This document shows positions 1 through 11,861 of a stretch of DNA of 29,632 nucleotides, piece after piece. The stretch is from positions 62,001 through 91,632 of the forward strand of contig JAUGWO010000011.1 in NCBI GenBank assembly GCA_049724395.1, given 5' to 3'. Position 1 is the stretch's first letter. The number at the start of each line of letters is the position of its first letter. The DNA comes from Spongospora subterranea f. sp. subterranea (lineage: Eukaryota). A model generated the notes under the pieces. The model was not told the origin of the DNA and did not search any database. It was given only the letters and a program-made list of their open reading frames with translations. The position numbers were made by a program, and so were the translations under genes.

Positions 1-867
1 GATTGTCTTTGAGCTGTACAGGATTGGTAATTAGGAGGTTGTTGAGCCGAATATCTGGGATGAAGGAATGGATATCCAATTAATGGATGCTGGGCACGAT
101 TAGCACCGACCCTCTGTCGGTCGAATTAGTCGCTATTGATCCGCTACTTGTGTACTTGACTCTCAACAAATGTCTCTGCGTTTAGCACGATCGGAAGGCC
201 TCATCAACAACCATTAACCGGTTTCGTATGGAACTCTTTCACAAGTCTACAACTCTAAAACAAAAACTGAAGACGACTGAGTCTAAATTGTCAGAAGTGA
301 CGACGATACGTGACTTAGATGACAAATGGAGCCATACAGTTCCATAAACGCATTTTGATGAAGACCAACCATGCACTCTAGGGGACCTATCAACTTTTAT
401 ACGACAGATTATGAAAGAATTCTTAATCTGTTTATCCTTTCCCATACGCCGCGTACAAGAGAAAATGATCTGATACTGGTACTTCCAGCTGTCGCGAAAC
501 AAACCGCTCGTGTGTTTTACGACCCTGGTAAGGTTTGACGTCATTCTCCATAAAAAAGGATATCCTTTGTATTGTTGGTGTATTGTTGTTGTGGAAATCC
601 TTCCCAGCAAACATCATTGCTGATTCGGCATTAAATCATGACGGTGTAACCGAATTGTATTTCTCGACGATATTCGATGAGGAAGAACCTATCTATTGTT
701 CTTTCTTGGTCACGGATTGATTCAGGTAATCTCCCCTACTGAATATCGCTCGTTAATCAACGGAAGAGTGATAAACCCGGAACACAATTGGTGTGATATG
801 GTTATGCACCTGTCAACTGTTGCCCTCAACACAATTGGCGTGATATTCCCCATAATGGTTATACACC

Positions 868-3800
868 TGTCAACTGATCCCCTCTTCGTTATTCACAGCC
901 CCACACTATAATACTGTAATGTAATGTAATTATCACCACTCTCCATCATAACTATACCGCCTCTCAACTGATCCCCTCTTCGTTATTCACAGCCCCACAC
1001 TATAATACTGTAATGTAATGTAATTATCACCACTCTCCATCATAACTATACCGCCTCTCAACTGATCCCCTCTTCGTTATTCACAGCCCCACCCTATAAT
1101 ACTGTAATGTAATGTAATTATCACCACTCTCCATCATAACTATACCGCCTCTCAACTGATCCCCTCTTCGTTATTCACAGCCCCACCCTATAATACTGTA
1201 ATGTAATGTAATTATCACCACTCTCCATCATAACTATACCGCCTCTCAACTGATCCCCTCTTCGTTATTCACAGCCCCACCCTATAATACTGTAATGTAA
1301 TGTAATTATCACCACTCTCCATCATAACTATACCGCCTCTCAACTGATCCCCTCTTTGTTATTCACAGCCCCACCCTATAATACTGTAATGTAATTATCA
1401 CCACTCTCCATCATAACTATACCGCCTCTCAACTGATCCCCTCTTCGTTATTCACAGCCCCACCCTATAATACTGTAATGTAATGTAATTATCACCACTC
1501 TCCATCATAACTATACCGCCTCTCAACTGATCCCCTCTTCGTTATTCACAGCCCCACCCTATAATACTGTAATGTAATGTAATTATCACCACTCTCCATC
1601 ATAACTATACCGCCTCTCAACTGATCCCCTCTTCGTTATTCACAGCCCCACCCTATAATACTGTAATGTAATGTAATTATCACCACTCTCCATCATAACT
1701 ATACCGCCTCTCAACTGATCCCCTCTTCGTTATTCACAGCCCCACCCTATAATACTGTAATGTAATGTAATTATCACCACTCTCCATCATAACTATACCG
1801 CCTCTCAACTGATCCCCTCTTTGTTATTCACAGCCCCACCCTATAATACTGTAATGTAATGTAATTATCACCACTCTCCACCACTCTCCATCATAACTAT
1901 ACCGCCTCTCAACTGATCCCCTCTTCGTTATTCACAGCCCCACCCTATAATACTGTAATGTAATGTAATTATCACCACTCTCCATCATAACTATACCGCC
2001 TCTCAACTGATCCCCTCTTCGTTATTCACAGCCCCACCCTATAATACTGTAATGTAATGTAATTATCACCACTCTCCATCATAACTATACCGCCTCTCAA
2101 CTGATCCCCACTTCGTTATTCACAGCCCCACCCTATAATACTGTAATGTAATGTAATTATCACCACTCTCCATCATAACTATACCGCCTCTCAACTGATC
2201 CCCACTTCGTTATTCACAGCCCCACCCTATAATACTGTAATGTAATGTAATTATCACCACTCTCCATCATAACTATACCGCCTCTCAACTGATCCCCTCT
2301 TCGTTATTCACAGCCCCACCCTATAATACTGTAATGTAATGTAATTATCACCACTCTCCATCATAACTATACCGCCTCTCAACTGATCCCCTCTTTGTTA
2401 TTCACAGCCCCACCCTATAATACTGTAATGTAATGTAATTATCACCACTCTCCATCATAACTATACCGCCTCTCAACTGATCCCCTCTTCGTTATTCACA
2501 GCCCCACCCTATAATACTGTAATGTAATGTAATTATCACCACTCTCCATCATAACTATACCGCCTCTCAACTGATCCCCTCTTCGTTATTCACAGCCCCA
2601 CCCTATAATACTGTAATGTAATGTAATTATCACCACTCTCCATCATAACTATACCGCCTCTCAACTGATCCCCTCTTCGTTATTCACAGCCCCACCCTAT
2701 AATACTGTAATGTAATGTAATTATCACCACTCTCCATCATAACTATACCGCCTCTCAACTGATCCCCTCTTCGTTATTCACAGCCCCACCCTATAATACT
2801 GTAATGTAATGTAATTATCACCACTCTCCATCATAACTATACCGCCTCTCAACTGATCCCCTCTTCGTTATTCGCAGCCCCACCCTATAATACTGTAATG
2901 TAATGTAATTATCACCACTCTCCATCATAACTATACCGCCTCTCAACTGATCCCCTCTTCGTTATTCGCAGCCCCACCCTATAATACTGTAATGTAATGT
3001 AATTATCACCACTCTCCATCATAACTATACCGCCTCTCGTTAACAGCCCCACCCTATAATACTGTAATGTAATGTAATTATCACCACTCTCCATCATAAC
3101 TATACCGCCTCTCAACTGATCCCCTCTTCGTTATTCACAGCCCCACCCTATAATACTGTAATGTAATGTAATTATCACCACTCTCCATCATAACTATACC
3201 GCCTCTCAACTGATCCCCTCTTCGTTATTCACAGCCCCACCCTATAATACTGTAATGTAATGTAATTATCACCACTCTCCATCATAACTATACCGCCTCT
3301 CAACTGATCCCCTCTTCGTTATTCACAGCCCCACCCTATAATACTGTAATGTAATGTAATTATCACCACTCTCCATCATAACTATACCGCCTCTCAACTG
3401 ATCCCCCTTCGTTATTCACAGCCCCACCCTATAATACTGTAATGTAATGTAATTATCACCACTCTCCATCATAACTATACCGCCTCTCAACTGATCCCCT
3501 CTTCGTTATTCACAGCCTCCCACCCTATAATACTGTAATGTAATGTAATTATCACCACTCTCCATCATAACTATACCGCCTCTCAACTGATCCCCTCTTC
3601 GTTATTCACAGCCCCACCCTATAATACTGTAATGTAATGTAATTATCACCACTCTCCATCATAACTATACCGCCTCTCAACTGATCCCCTCTTCGTTATT
3701 CACAGCCCCACCCTATAATACTGTAATGTAATGTAATTATCACCACTCTCCATCATAACTATACCGCCTCTCAACTGATCCCCTCTTCGTTATTCACAGC

Positions 3801-4129
3801 CCCACCCTATAATACTGTAATGTAATGTAATTATCACCACTCTCCATCATAACTATACCGCCTCTCAACTGATCCCCTCTTCGTTATTCACAGCCCCACC
3901 CTATAATACTGTAATGTAATGTAATTATCACCACTCTCCATCATAACTATACCGCCAACTGGCAATAGACCATCTACACCGCCTCTCAACGGTCTGACCA
4001 GGGGAACAACAGCCACCAATCATAACTATACCGCCTCTCAACTGATCCCCTCTTCGTTATTCACAGCCCCACCCTATAATACTGTAATGTAATGTAATTA
4101 TCACCACTCTCCATCATAACTATACCGCC
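868..4129. repeat. 94-bp minisatellite array, about 34 units
   Basis: Unit CTCTCAACTGATCCCCTCTTCGTTATTCACAGCCCCACCCTATAATACTGTAATGTAATGTAATTATCACCACTCTCCATCATAACTATACCGC recurs at 961, 1055, 1149 etc. Units are near-identical with a few SNP/indel variants, and the last unit follows a scrambled stretch at 3957-4020. Confidence 0.98.
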
Positions 4130-4177
4130 AACTCAATAGACCATCTACACCAGGGGAACAACACTCACCAATCTGGT

Positions 4178-5744
4178 ATGGGCCAGCAGCGGCAGGGTTA
4201 CGAGCAACACCGCTCCAATGGCGCTCGACTGTTTATAGCCAGCTCGGTAGTGGTGTTTGCCTCCTATTCGGTATATTCCCTCCTCCTGGTAATTACTGGA
4301 CATGTTCCTTATTGGGCATCCTCACCGCTGCCCTAATTCTGCTCTCTCTCTCTCACCATCTGCACCTTTCTTATAGGAGTTCATCCTTAACGGGATACCT
4401 GGCTACTCCTTCACCACATTCCTCACACTATTCCAGTTCGCCAGCGGCGCCCTTCTCCTTCACCTGCACCGCCTTTGCGCCAAAAGGGAATCCAGCGCCC
4501 CGATCCGCGCCTATTTGCTGTTGGCAGTGCTGTCAACCAGGTCCCGATCCCGCCGTTCGTGTCCTCTGCCCCATATCTCACCCTCCCTATGATCAGCTCA
4601 TTCATATTGAGTAATCTTAGCTGTATATATCTCACATATCCTACACAGGTTAATCCATATCTCTCTCTATTGTCTCATCGTCATAACTCAACATATCCTA
4701 TACAGGTGCTATATATATATATATATATACAATCGCTATTATCATCTCATTTGCTATTTCCTTCTCAAAGGTTCTCTTGAAGAACGGTAAACTACTCCCA
4801 GTAATGGGGGTTGGCAGATTATGGCTTAACAAGCGATTCCCAGTTCTGGAATATGTATCGGTTGTGATCCTCACAATAGGGATGATCATATTCTCTCTGG
4901 GGAATTCATTATCACCGACCGCCCTCGATAGAACAGGTTGGTTAAACTTATCATTGATGCCAGTCAATCAATAACGCCCTCATTAAAATCAGGACTGATA
5001 TTGATATCGGGAGCAGTTATATCTGACGCCTTTATAGGCAATGCTCAAGAACTCATTCTCCGAACTTATTTATCCTCAAAGCTTGAACTAGTAAGGCCAA
5101 TCAATATCGTATACTGTTGCACTATCTCCTCATCATCAAACTGATTTAGATGTATTACACTAAAGGATTGGGAACGCTATTCATATTGATAGTTTGCATA
5201 TTATCGGGTGAATTATATCATGGCCTGTATTTCTGTTCACAAAATCTATCTGTTCTGCTCTATCTTTCAGTAAACAAGTTCATTTCCTATCTTTCGGTGT
5301 TTAACTCCAAAACAGGCGTTTAGCTTGTCTGGATTAGTTGGCGAACTCTCTGTTCTAGCGTTAATCGAGAAAGTCAGATGGGATTCTGTTCGGCTCGATC
5401 ATAATCTGATATTTGTGAATTCTGTAGTTTGGTGTTATTGAGGCAGTGACTGTCACATCATTGAGGAAGATGTTCACAATTATCCTCAGCTTTATCCTGT
5501 TCCCCAAACCTATTGTACCGGCACATTATATTGGCACTATTGCAGTGTTTTCTGGTATTGCCCTCAACGTGTACGTCAAGGTACGATGGAATAGGAAAAC
5601 TCATCTTAATCGCGATATTGCTCATATTCTGACCCATTTCGTTAGCAGAATGTATCCCAGATTGACAGAGCATTATTTAGCATTTTAGGCAGGCATAGAG
5701 GCAAAGTCAAGTACCTGATAGTCGACAATTCGTCATTTGTTTGA
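4178..5744 (+). CDS. SLC35B3: PAPS transporter 2-like / UAA-family nucleotide-sugar transporter, 9 exons, ~339 aa
   Basis: Manual GT-AG splicing of 4178-4288, 4377-4540, 4597-4648, 4771-4936, 4993-5090, 5150-5269, 5316-5372, 5428-5580, 5646-5744 gives one open frame. It contains SLC35B3-type motifs FLTLFQF, LSNLSCIYLTYPTQVLLKNGKLLPVM, DAFIGNAQE and FGVIEAVTVTSLRKMFTIILSFILFPKP. The last acceptor could be 5645 or 5648. Confidence 0.88.
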
Positions 5745-6011
5745 TGCCGCTGCACAAGAGTAAACCATTTATATTTATTTAACATCAAAATTCTGTCACG
5801 TGCGCAGCATCAGCCTTGAGATCTATTTTGGCAGCAATCTCTGGCTCGGCTGGAGCACCGTACCAGCAACTCTATCTAGCCCGTTTTCGATAACAGAACT
5901 GGTACTCAGCGTTATCAATATTCATTAATTCAGCCTTGAAACACAGGTATAGTCTTTGCCTACTGAGTCTTGAATTTTTAGAGGTTGTGTCGTTGTCTCT
6001 TGATCGTAATT

Positions 6012-6506
6012 TCATTGAAATGTTATGGCACAACTCACAAGGTTGTCCTGTATTAAATCTCTGTCTCCGTACCCACACGAAGCATAAAAATTATGTCCAG
6101 AATGCTGGAAGTTGGTGCAAAGTGGCATCGCAGCCTGTAAAACCTTGTCAGGGCACTCACGAAACACCAAATCAGCGTTTTTCGTGAGCCACGCCTTCAG
6201 CAACCCGAATCCTTTTTCGATTGGATTCAACTGAGGTGAATACGGAGGAAGATATATAATCCTTGCCCCGATTGTATGAATCACATCCTCTAATTCTTTG
6301 TATAAATGAATTTTGGCGTTGTCCAGAATTACGATGCTTCTTGGCATTGGCCACGGTTGGAGAAACGGGCAGATTGATCGTAAAAATGCATCGTGAAACT
6401 TCTGCCGAGTGAAAGTATCTGCAGTTGTCTCCCAGGAAAAGAATCCTGTTGTGTCAAAGGCTGCCAATATAGAAACTCGAGCTCCCCTTTGAAAAGGCAG
6501 GTTCAC
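6012..6506 (-). pseudogene. Tc1/IS630-type (DDE_3) transposase C-terminal fragment, DD34E
   Basis: RSIVILDNAKIH...YLPPYSPQLNPIE with 34 residues between D and E. The first catalytic D and the HTH region are absent (5' truncated). Confidence 0.9.
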
Positions 6507-6575
6507 AGTTAGCTATATTTATCAACGTTTGACACAGCTGTGCACTTTCATCAATCAATTCCGCTTGTTGCGAAG

Positions 6576-6745
6576 TCAGAGTGTCGGTTTGCAGTTTGCT
6601 TGACCGAAATGTTCTGTTATTCGTCTGATGCAGACTTCTTGAGTCAGGACGATGCCTTGCTCCGTTCGTCTGGCCTTTGTGCCTAGAAATTCGTCGAGTT
6701 CGCCTAGGTCTTTCATGCGGAATGTTCTTCCTAGAATCTGTTCGT
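6576..6745 (-). mobile_element. Ty1/Copia reverse transcriptase fragment
   Basis: FRMKDLGELDEFLG...GIVLTQEVCIRRITEHFGQANCKP, a typical Copia RT segment. Confidence 0.85.
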
Positions 6746-7579
6746 TGTCTCCCATGATGAGTAGAATAGTAAGGACGTCCCGTTGTAAGTCCGTTTTCAA
6801 CTTAACGAGGGTCTCGTCTCAATCGTAGCTTTAGAAAGCAAACCTGTTTCACCCGATGAGGAATTTGCCGTTGTTGGAGCGATTGAAATATCCCCGTTGG
6901 ATTTTTGCGTAAGTTTGGGGTGTCTTTTAATTTGAATAATTTTCAGTTTCCGAGATGCGTGATTCTGGTTTGAATTCGCATTCTTTGAAACTTTAAGATT
7001 ATGCAATCTCTGTTGCGGTCACGTTGTGAAGCCATGCTCAGGTATAGCATCTTTTAGCGATCTGCTTTTCTGCCCTCTATGATTTCTCTGGAGCATTTAT
7101 TGATGGCGTCCAGTAACTTGCTGTATTGACTTTAGAAAGTACAGCCAGTGGTATTGGTGAAGATGAGTACACAAAGGTAAACAAGAGTTCTTAAGAGCTT
7201 ATAAGAATGATTTTTATTAACAAGGGACATAAAGTTGTTGTCAAAGGACGGAGAGCACAGAGGGCTGTACACTTGCGACATGACGGTTTGTTGTGTCCAC
7301 GCAATACCAGATGTCATATTTTTTGGTTTTTGTGCCAACCATCCAATTTTTATCTCTGAAATGATGATTTGAGCGAATCATAGCTTTAAGATAGTCCGCT
7401 TTCAAGAGGTTGTGTTTGAAATTGACCATTTGTGGACTGAATATTTTGTCAGTTTGACAAGCTCTCAAGATACGGATGTTTTCTCCTGTAATCCAGCTGC
7501 TTTTTGTCAGCTCTGGCTTGTATGATGCATAGTGTGTATATTGCATTTGTTTGTGGGTTTTTGTAATGTTTGAATGTTC

Positions 7580-7650
7580 CCGTGTGGGTTATGCCCATTT
7601 CATTACGACACCAGTTAAACTTGGCTGTGTTCAATGACTTTGTCATCGCG
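7580..7650 (-). mobile_element. Copia RNase H C-terminal remnant
   Basis: AMTKSLNTAKFNWCRNEMGI resembles the end of the neighbouring Copia RNase H at 8633-8695 (ADSSTKPTTTAKYQ*CRQAMGI). Confidence 0.55.
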
Positions 7651-7976
7651 ATCGTTAGGCCTCTATGTGCAATATATAATTAATAGGGAAGTGTATAATT
7701 ATGTGAATTGAAAGAAGATTTTGTCCCAGTCATCTCATTAATTGGTGGGACTCCGGTAATGAGGGTGGTCAGGCCAATGACAATTAGGGGACCGGTAATG
7801 GGGTTAAGAGATGAGTAATCGCGTCATGTAAGACCCTGTAAATGCCAATTAACTCGATATTGGCATTTTGGAAATGGAGGTCTGACCGTCCATTTCGGAT
7901 TGGAATGCCAGTTTCTACTAGAACGTATAACAAATTCCGTGGGAGCATAAAATCATCATTTGCAAAGGTGTTCAAC

Positions 7977-8215
7977 ATGGAATCGTACCAAATGATGCCA
8001 ATAGTCGTGTTTTTTATTGCAGCTTAGTATGTGACAACGTATCTGCTTTAATCACCATGCCGAAGATCGGCCTTTACAGGAGAACAGTGAGTTCAAAGAG
8101 CGTTTGACAGGAAACCGACGTCAATTTCGCGAAAATATGAGAATGATGCCGGAGACATTCTGTCGTTCTTCGAGATGTATTGATCCAGCAAGGACTGGGT
8201 CCGAGTCGTTTTGTA
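7977..8215 (+). pseudogene. PIF/Harbinger transposase N-terminal fragment (degenerate)
   Basis: Across stops and frameshifts it reads YLL*SPCRRSAFTGEQ*VQ/ERLTGNRRQFRENMRMMPETFCR/LRDVLIQQGLGPSRFV, the TGxxWxxExL...RMxxxTFxxLxxxL pattern of PIF transposase N-termini. It is cut at 8215 by Copia sequence. Confidence 0.7.
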
Positions 8216-8217
8216 TT

Positions 8218-8720
8218 ATCCTATTCTGATAGCGACTGGGGCCAGAATATTGACACACGACGATCAACTACTGGATATATAGTGAAGCTAGCAGGATCAC
8301 CAGTGAGCTGAAAGAGCAAACGCCAATCAACTGTGGTCACATCGTCCGTTCATGTTGAGTACATGTGTGCCTAATGGTGATGATTCCACGAACATGGCGA
8401 TCTATGAGACAATCAGAGAAGTAATGGTTAAGGACATTACTGGTCGAATTAGGATACCCTGATTCCAGACCAGCCAAGATATACGGCGACAATCAAGGCT
8501 GTTTGACAATATGCAATAATGTCAGGAGCGATTATCGGACAAAACACATTGATATAAAGTTCCGCTTCTCCAGGGATCAACTACAGACAGGAGCGACAAC
8601 CCTGGAATATTGTCCTACATGAGAGATGGTGGCGGATTCTTCAACCAAACCCACAACTACTGCTAAATACCAATAGTGCCGCCAAGCAATGGGTATAAAA
8701 GATGTTGCCTCGAGGGGGAC
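8218..8720 (+). mobile_element. Copia RNase H domain plus PPT (inverted relative to the adjacent Copia)
   Basis: YSDSDWG...RRSTTGY...VS*KSKRQSTV...EYM...DNQG...RTKHIDIKF...EMVAD, followed by polypurine tract GAGGGGGA (8712-8719). It carries stops and a 26-bp insertion. Confidence 0.93.
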
Positions 8721-8723
8721 TGC

Positions 8724-10362
8724 CATGTACTCAGCATGAACGGACGATGTGGCCACTGTTGATTGGCGTTTGCTCTTCCAGCTCACTGGTGATCCTGCTA
8801 GCTTCACTATATATCCAGTAGTTGATCGTCGTTTGTCAATATTCTGGCCCCAGTCGCTATCAGAACAGGATTTTATCTTGTCGTTATCCCCCCGATGATA
8901 TACAATGCTGAAAACCTGTGTACACGATAAATATTGAAGGACCTTTTTCGCAGCTGAGGAACGGGGTCAGAGATATATTGACAGAGGGCGCCCTCAGCAG
9001 TTGATATATCAGGACGAGTATCGGTTGAGATATAGTTCAGTGCGCCAACCAATCTTCCATATGGTATCGACCTCATTTTGTCTCTTTCATCATCATCCTT
9101 TGAGGCCATGTTTTTGTTTAAGTAATGGCTTGGTTGATGCGGATCGCTGGTGGGTTTACATGATGACCATGTTGAACTGGACCATCGATTCGCGAATATA
9201 GGTGGCCTGATTTATGGAGATGGTGCCGTTTATCATGATCATGCATACTGTACCTAAAATACGTGTTGGTTCGCCGAGATCAGTGATCTAGATTTCTGAA
9301 CCCAGTCTTGATACGATATTCTCGGATAGTCTATCGTTATTGTGGACCATTATCCTATCGTCGACGTATAATCCGATGACAATAGTATTATTTCCTTCCC
9401 GTAGCACGTACAGTACATGCATGCCTCTGAAATGCATCGTTTGAAAAACTAACGACGTCACCAGATATTAATTATCTTCTTATTCCACCAGACGTAATTT
9501 GGGGTGAATGGTCAGTATTGAAACCATCTACTGTAGTCATGTACAACTCCTCATCGATATCGCCGTTAAGTTATGCTCCAACAACGTCCAGTTAACGAAG
9601 TATTGATTTATGTAAGGACCCGAGCGTTAACAGAGTATCTTGAGGATTGTTGATGCGCCACCGGTGCAAAAGTCTCGTTATAATCTACCCCAAACGCTGC
9701 GAGAATCCTTTTGCCACGAGTCGAGCCTTGAACTTTTCCACCTATCCGGTATTATCCTTTCTCGGCTTTACTGTGAATATCCATTTACACTTAAATGGCT
9801 TGATGTTAGAGGAGCGGGATACGAGTTCGAATGCCTTGAAGTCAACCATATTCTGGTATTCGGCCAAGATGGCATCACGCGCCAATATCCTGCAAAAGTA
9901 GTGAGACAGGTTCTTGAACTGATGACGGTATCTTGATGTCGGTGCATCATATATTGATATATCAGGCGTAGGAAGAGACCTTTGTGTCAAGACGGTAGTG
10001 GGTTTATGTACTGCGTTTGAAATTCCAGAATTCAGACGGTGAGTGTCTTGATCTCGCCGACCTGCGTGGGGCAGGGGAATTGGTACCTGAGCATCTGTAT
10101 CTTGAACCTCTTCTTGGTCGGTTGCATTTCCGCGACCTGGGATTTCTTCATCGTCAACCTCCATCTGATTATTTGCATCGTCAAAGTTTTCATCTTCGGA
10201 GCTCTCGATTGCGTCGTCTCAGCGTATTGATATGGCCGATAAATATGGTGTCCCGAAACGGCTCATGTTTCCTTTGCGTTGGTTGATTTCAAAATGTAAA
10301 CGAATCCTCGAATCTACTGACATAAACCTTCTTTTGTATCGGATCCCATAAGTGATATACTT
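8724..10362 (-). mobile_element. Degenerate Ty1/Copia pol (integrase C-terminus, RT, start of RNase H)
   Basis: YHLWDPIQKKVYVSR (integrase C-terminal region), KCKWIFTVK...FKARLVAKGFSQ, YVDD, PYGRLVGALNYISTDTRPDIS, VSWKSKRQSTVATSSVHAEYMA, with many stops and frameshifts. Confidence 0.93.
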
Positions 10363-11800
10363 TGGTATGGTATGGTATACAAATGTTCGCGGGTTCTTAT
10401 GGGTTGGGTAATTCTGTGTACTACCAGGTTTACCCTACTTCCGCCTGGCCGCTACAAGTAGCTTGGGATTCCACTGAAGGAACCTGTTAGACCAGCTGGA
10501 TTCAGCAACATAACCTGTCCTACGACCATACCGAATGGGACCTGCCCCCACCCGATTACATTGCCTATCCAGAGTTTCGAGTTCACTGCAAGCAGCTCAC
10601 TCTTCCACATTCATTATGGCCATGTGGTCAGACCCAGTAAAGACTAAACATATCTAGATAAAGCAGCCTGCTTTTTCAGCTTTTCGCTTTTGGTCATGGC
10701 CTTCTCATGGCTCCAGATTGCTGTGGTGAAAGTAGTTGCCGGTAGTGTTTTGTAGAGTCGTCTGCATTTCTTGAGGCGGCTTTTGAATACTTCGCATTGT
10801 AGCACCTGATGTTCTAAGGTTTCGGTATGGTTGTCGCAGTGTCTGCACTTGTTCGTGTCTTCCATCCCTATGTTGCTGAGGTGCTGTCTACATCTGCTAT
10901 GTCCAGTTCGCGCTCTGTTAATTAGCATGTGTGGTATGGATTCACCTGGTAGTTTGCGAAACGGATTTCTATCCGGGTAGTTTTGGAAGTGGCTGTGTTT
11001 GACGTTCGCCTTCAGGTACTGTTATAATTGACTTCGCTCGTATTTCCTAAGTTGTAGTTTGAAGGATGCCAGAAATGGTCCATGCTCTATTTTGGTCCCA
11101 ATATTCGCCGCATTTTTTTCTAGTTGATCAATTTCATTGCTTCGTCCTATCGCTTTTGAGTTGTCATTATCAGATGTGCCATTTGTGTGGTGGACATGAC
11201 TTGGTACGTAGTGAATGTGTATCTGATTACGACAGGTTAATTTCGCTAGTAGTCGAGCAGAGTCTGCCACAACTGCATATACTCTTCGAGGTTTGATAGG
11301 TAATGATTGGAATTGGCTTACCCAGGATAACGAGTCTGTCATAATGTGGGTCGTTCTGTTTTTGAATCTCTGATCTAGGGCCAGTTCTAGACCAGCATGT
11401 ACTGCAATGATCTCGGCTTCGTAACTCGAGGTGATTTTGCGACTCAGTTTGATTTGCGACTTCTCCTCATTGTGATTTGCCTCTACACCTTTGGTGCTTT
11501 GTATCGAATAAGGGCAGCAGCACCCCCTTTTTTGCCTTTAGTATAACTGCCATCAGTCCATATTTCTACATCCGGGTCTCGTGGAAGAAGTGCGTTTCGT
11601 TTGTGCTTTTCAATTGCCTCCTATCGCGTGGATTTGTGGTAATTTACTGTATACAGAGCCTCGAGAATGTTTGGTGCAATATCTAGCGTTGCATGTATGG
11701 TTTTGTATCCTTTCGGGACTGTCTCTCTGAGAGCTTTCCAGACTTCGCCAAGCCATCGCCGAATCCTATCCATTTGGTGTAGTCCTGTCCCAGTTGTGAT
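10363..11800 (-). mobile_element. 5'-truncated non-LTR retrotransposon (LINE) with RNase H, C-terminal CCHC knuckle, 3' UTR and (TACCA)n tail
   Basis: RNase H motifs IWTDGS, SSYEAEIIA, TDSLS, YVPSHV, then RARTGH...CRHC...ETLEHQVLQC, a stop at 10644 and tail TACCATACCATACCA ending at 10363. The 5' limit is approximate. Confidence 0.9.
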
Positions 11801-11861
11801 CCGTTGGCGCGCGCGGCTAAAACCGTCATCGTGGCTGCGCTAATAATTTTGTCTCTCAATA

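Noticed and set aside
1..860. Short ORFs and possible exons at the window start
   Set aside because: No recognisable motif, and no consistent spliced model could be built on either strand.
868..4129. CRISPR array, coding repeat, or bacterial -10 boxes (TATAAT)
   Set aside because: There are no unique spacers or cas genes, the 94-bp unit is not a multiple of 3 and has stops, and the context is eukaryotic. ORF 2912-3115 arises from a truncated unit.
10520..10545. HDV-like ribozyme suggested by CGAATGGGAC
   Set aside because: It is antisense to the element and only a local GTCCT/GGGAC hairpin forms. P1/P3/P1.1 could not be built here or in the SINE head.
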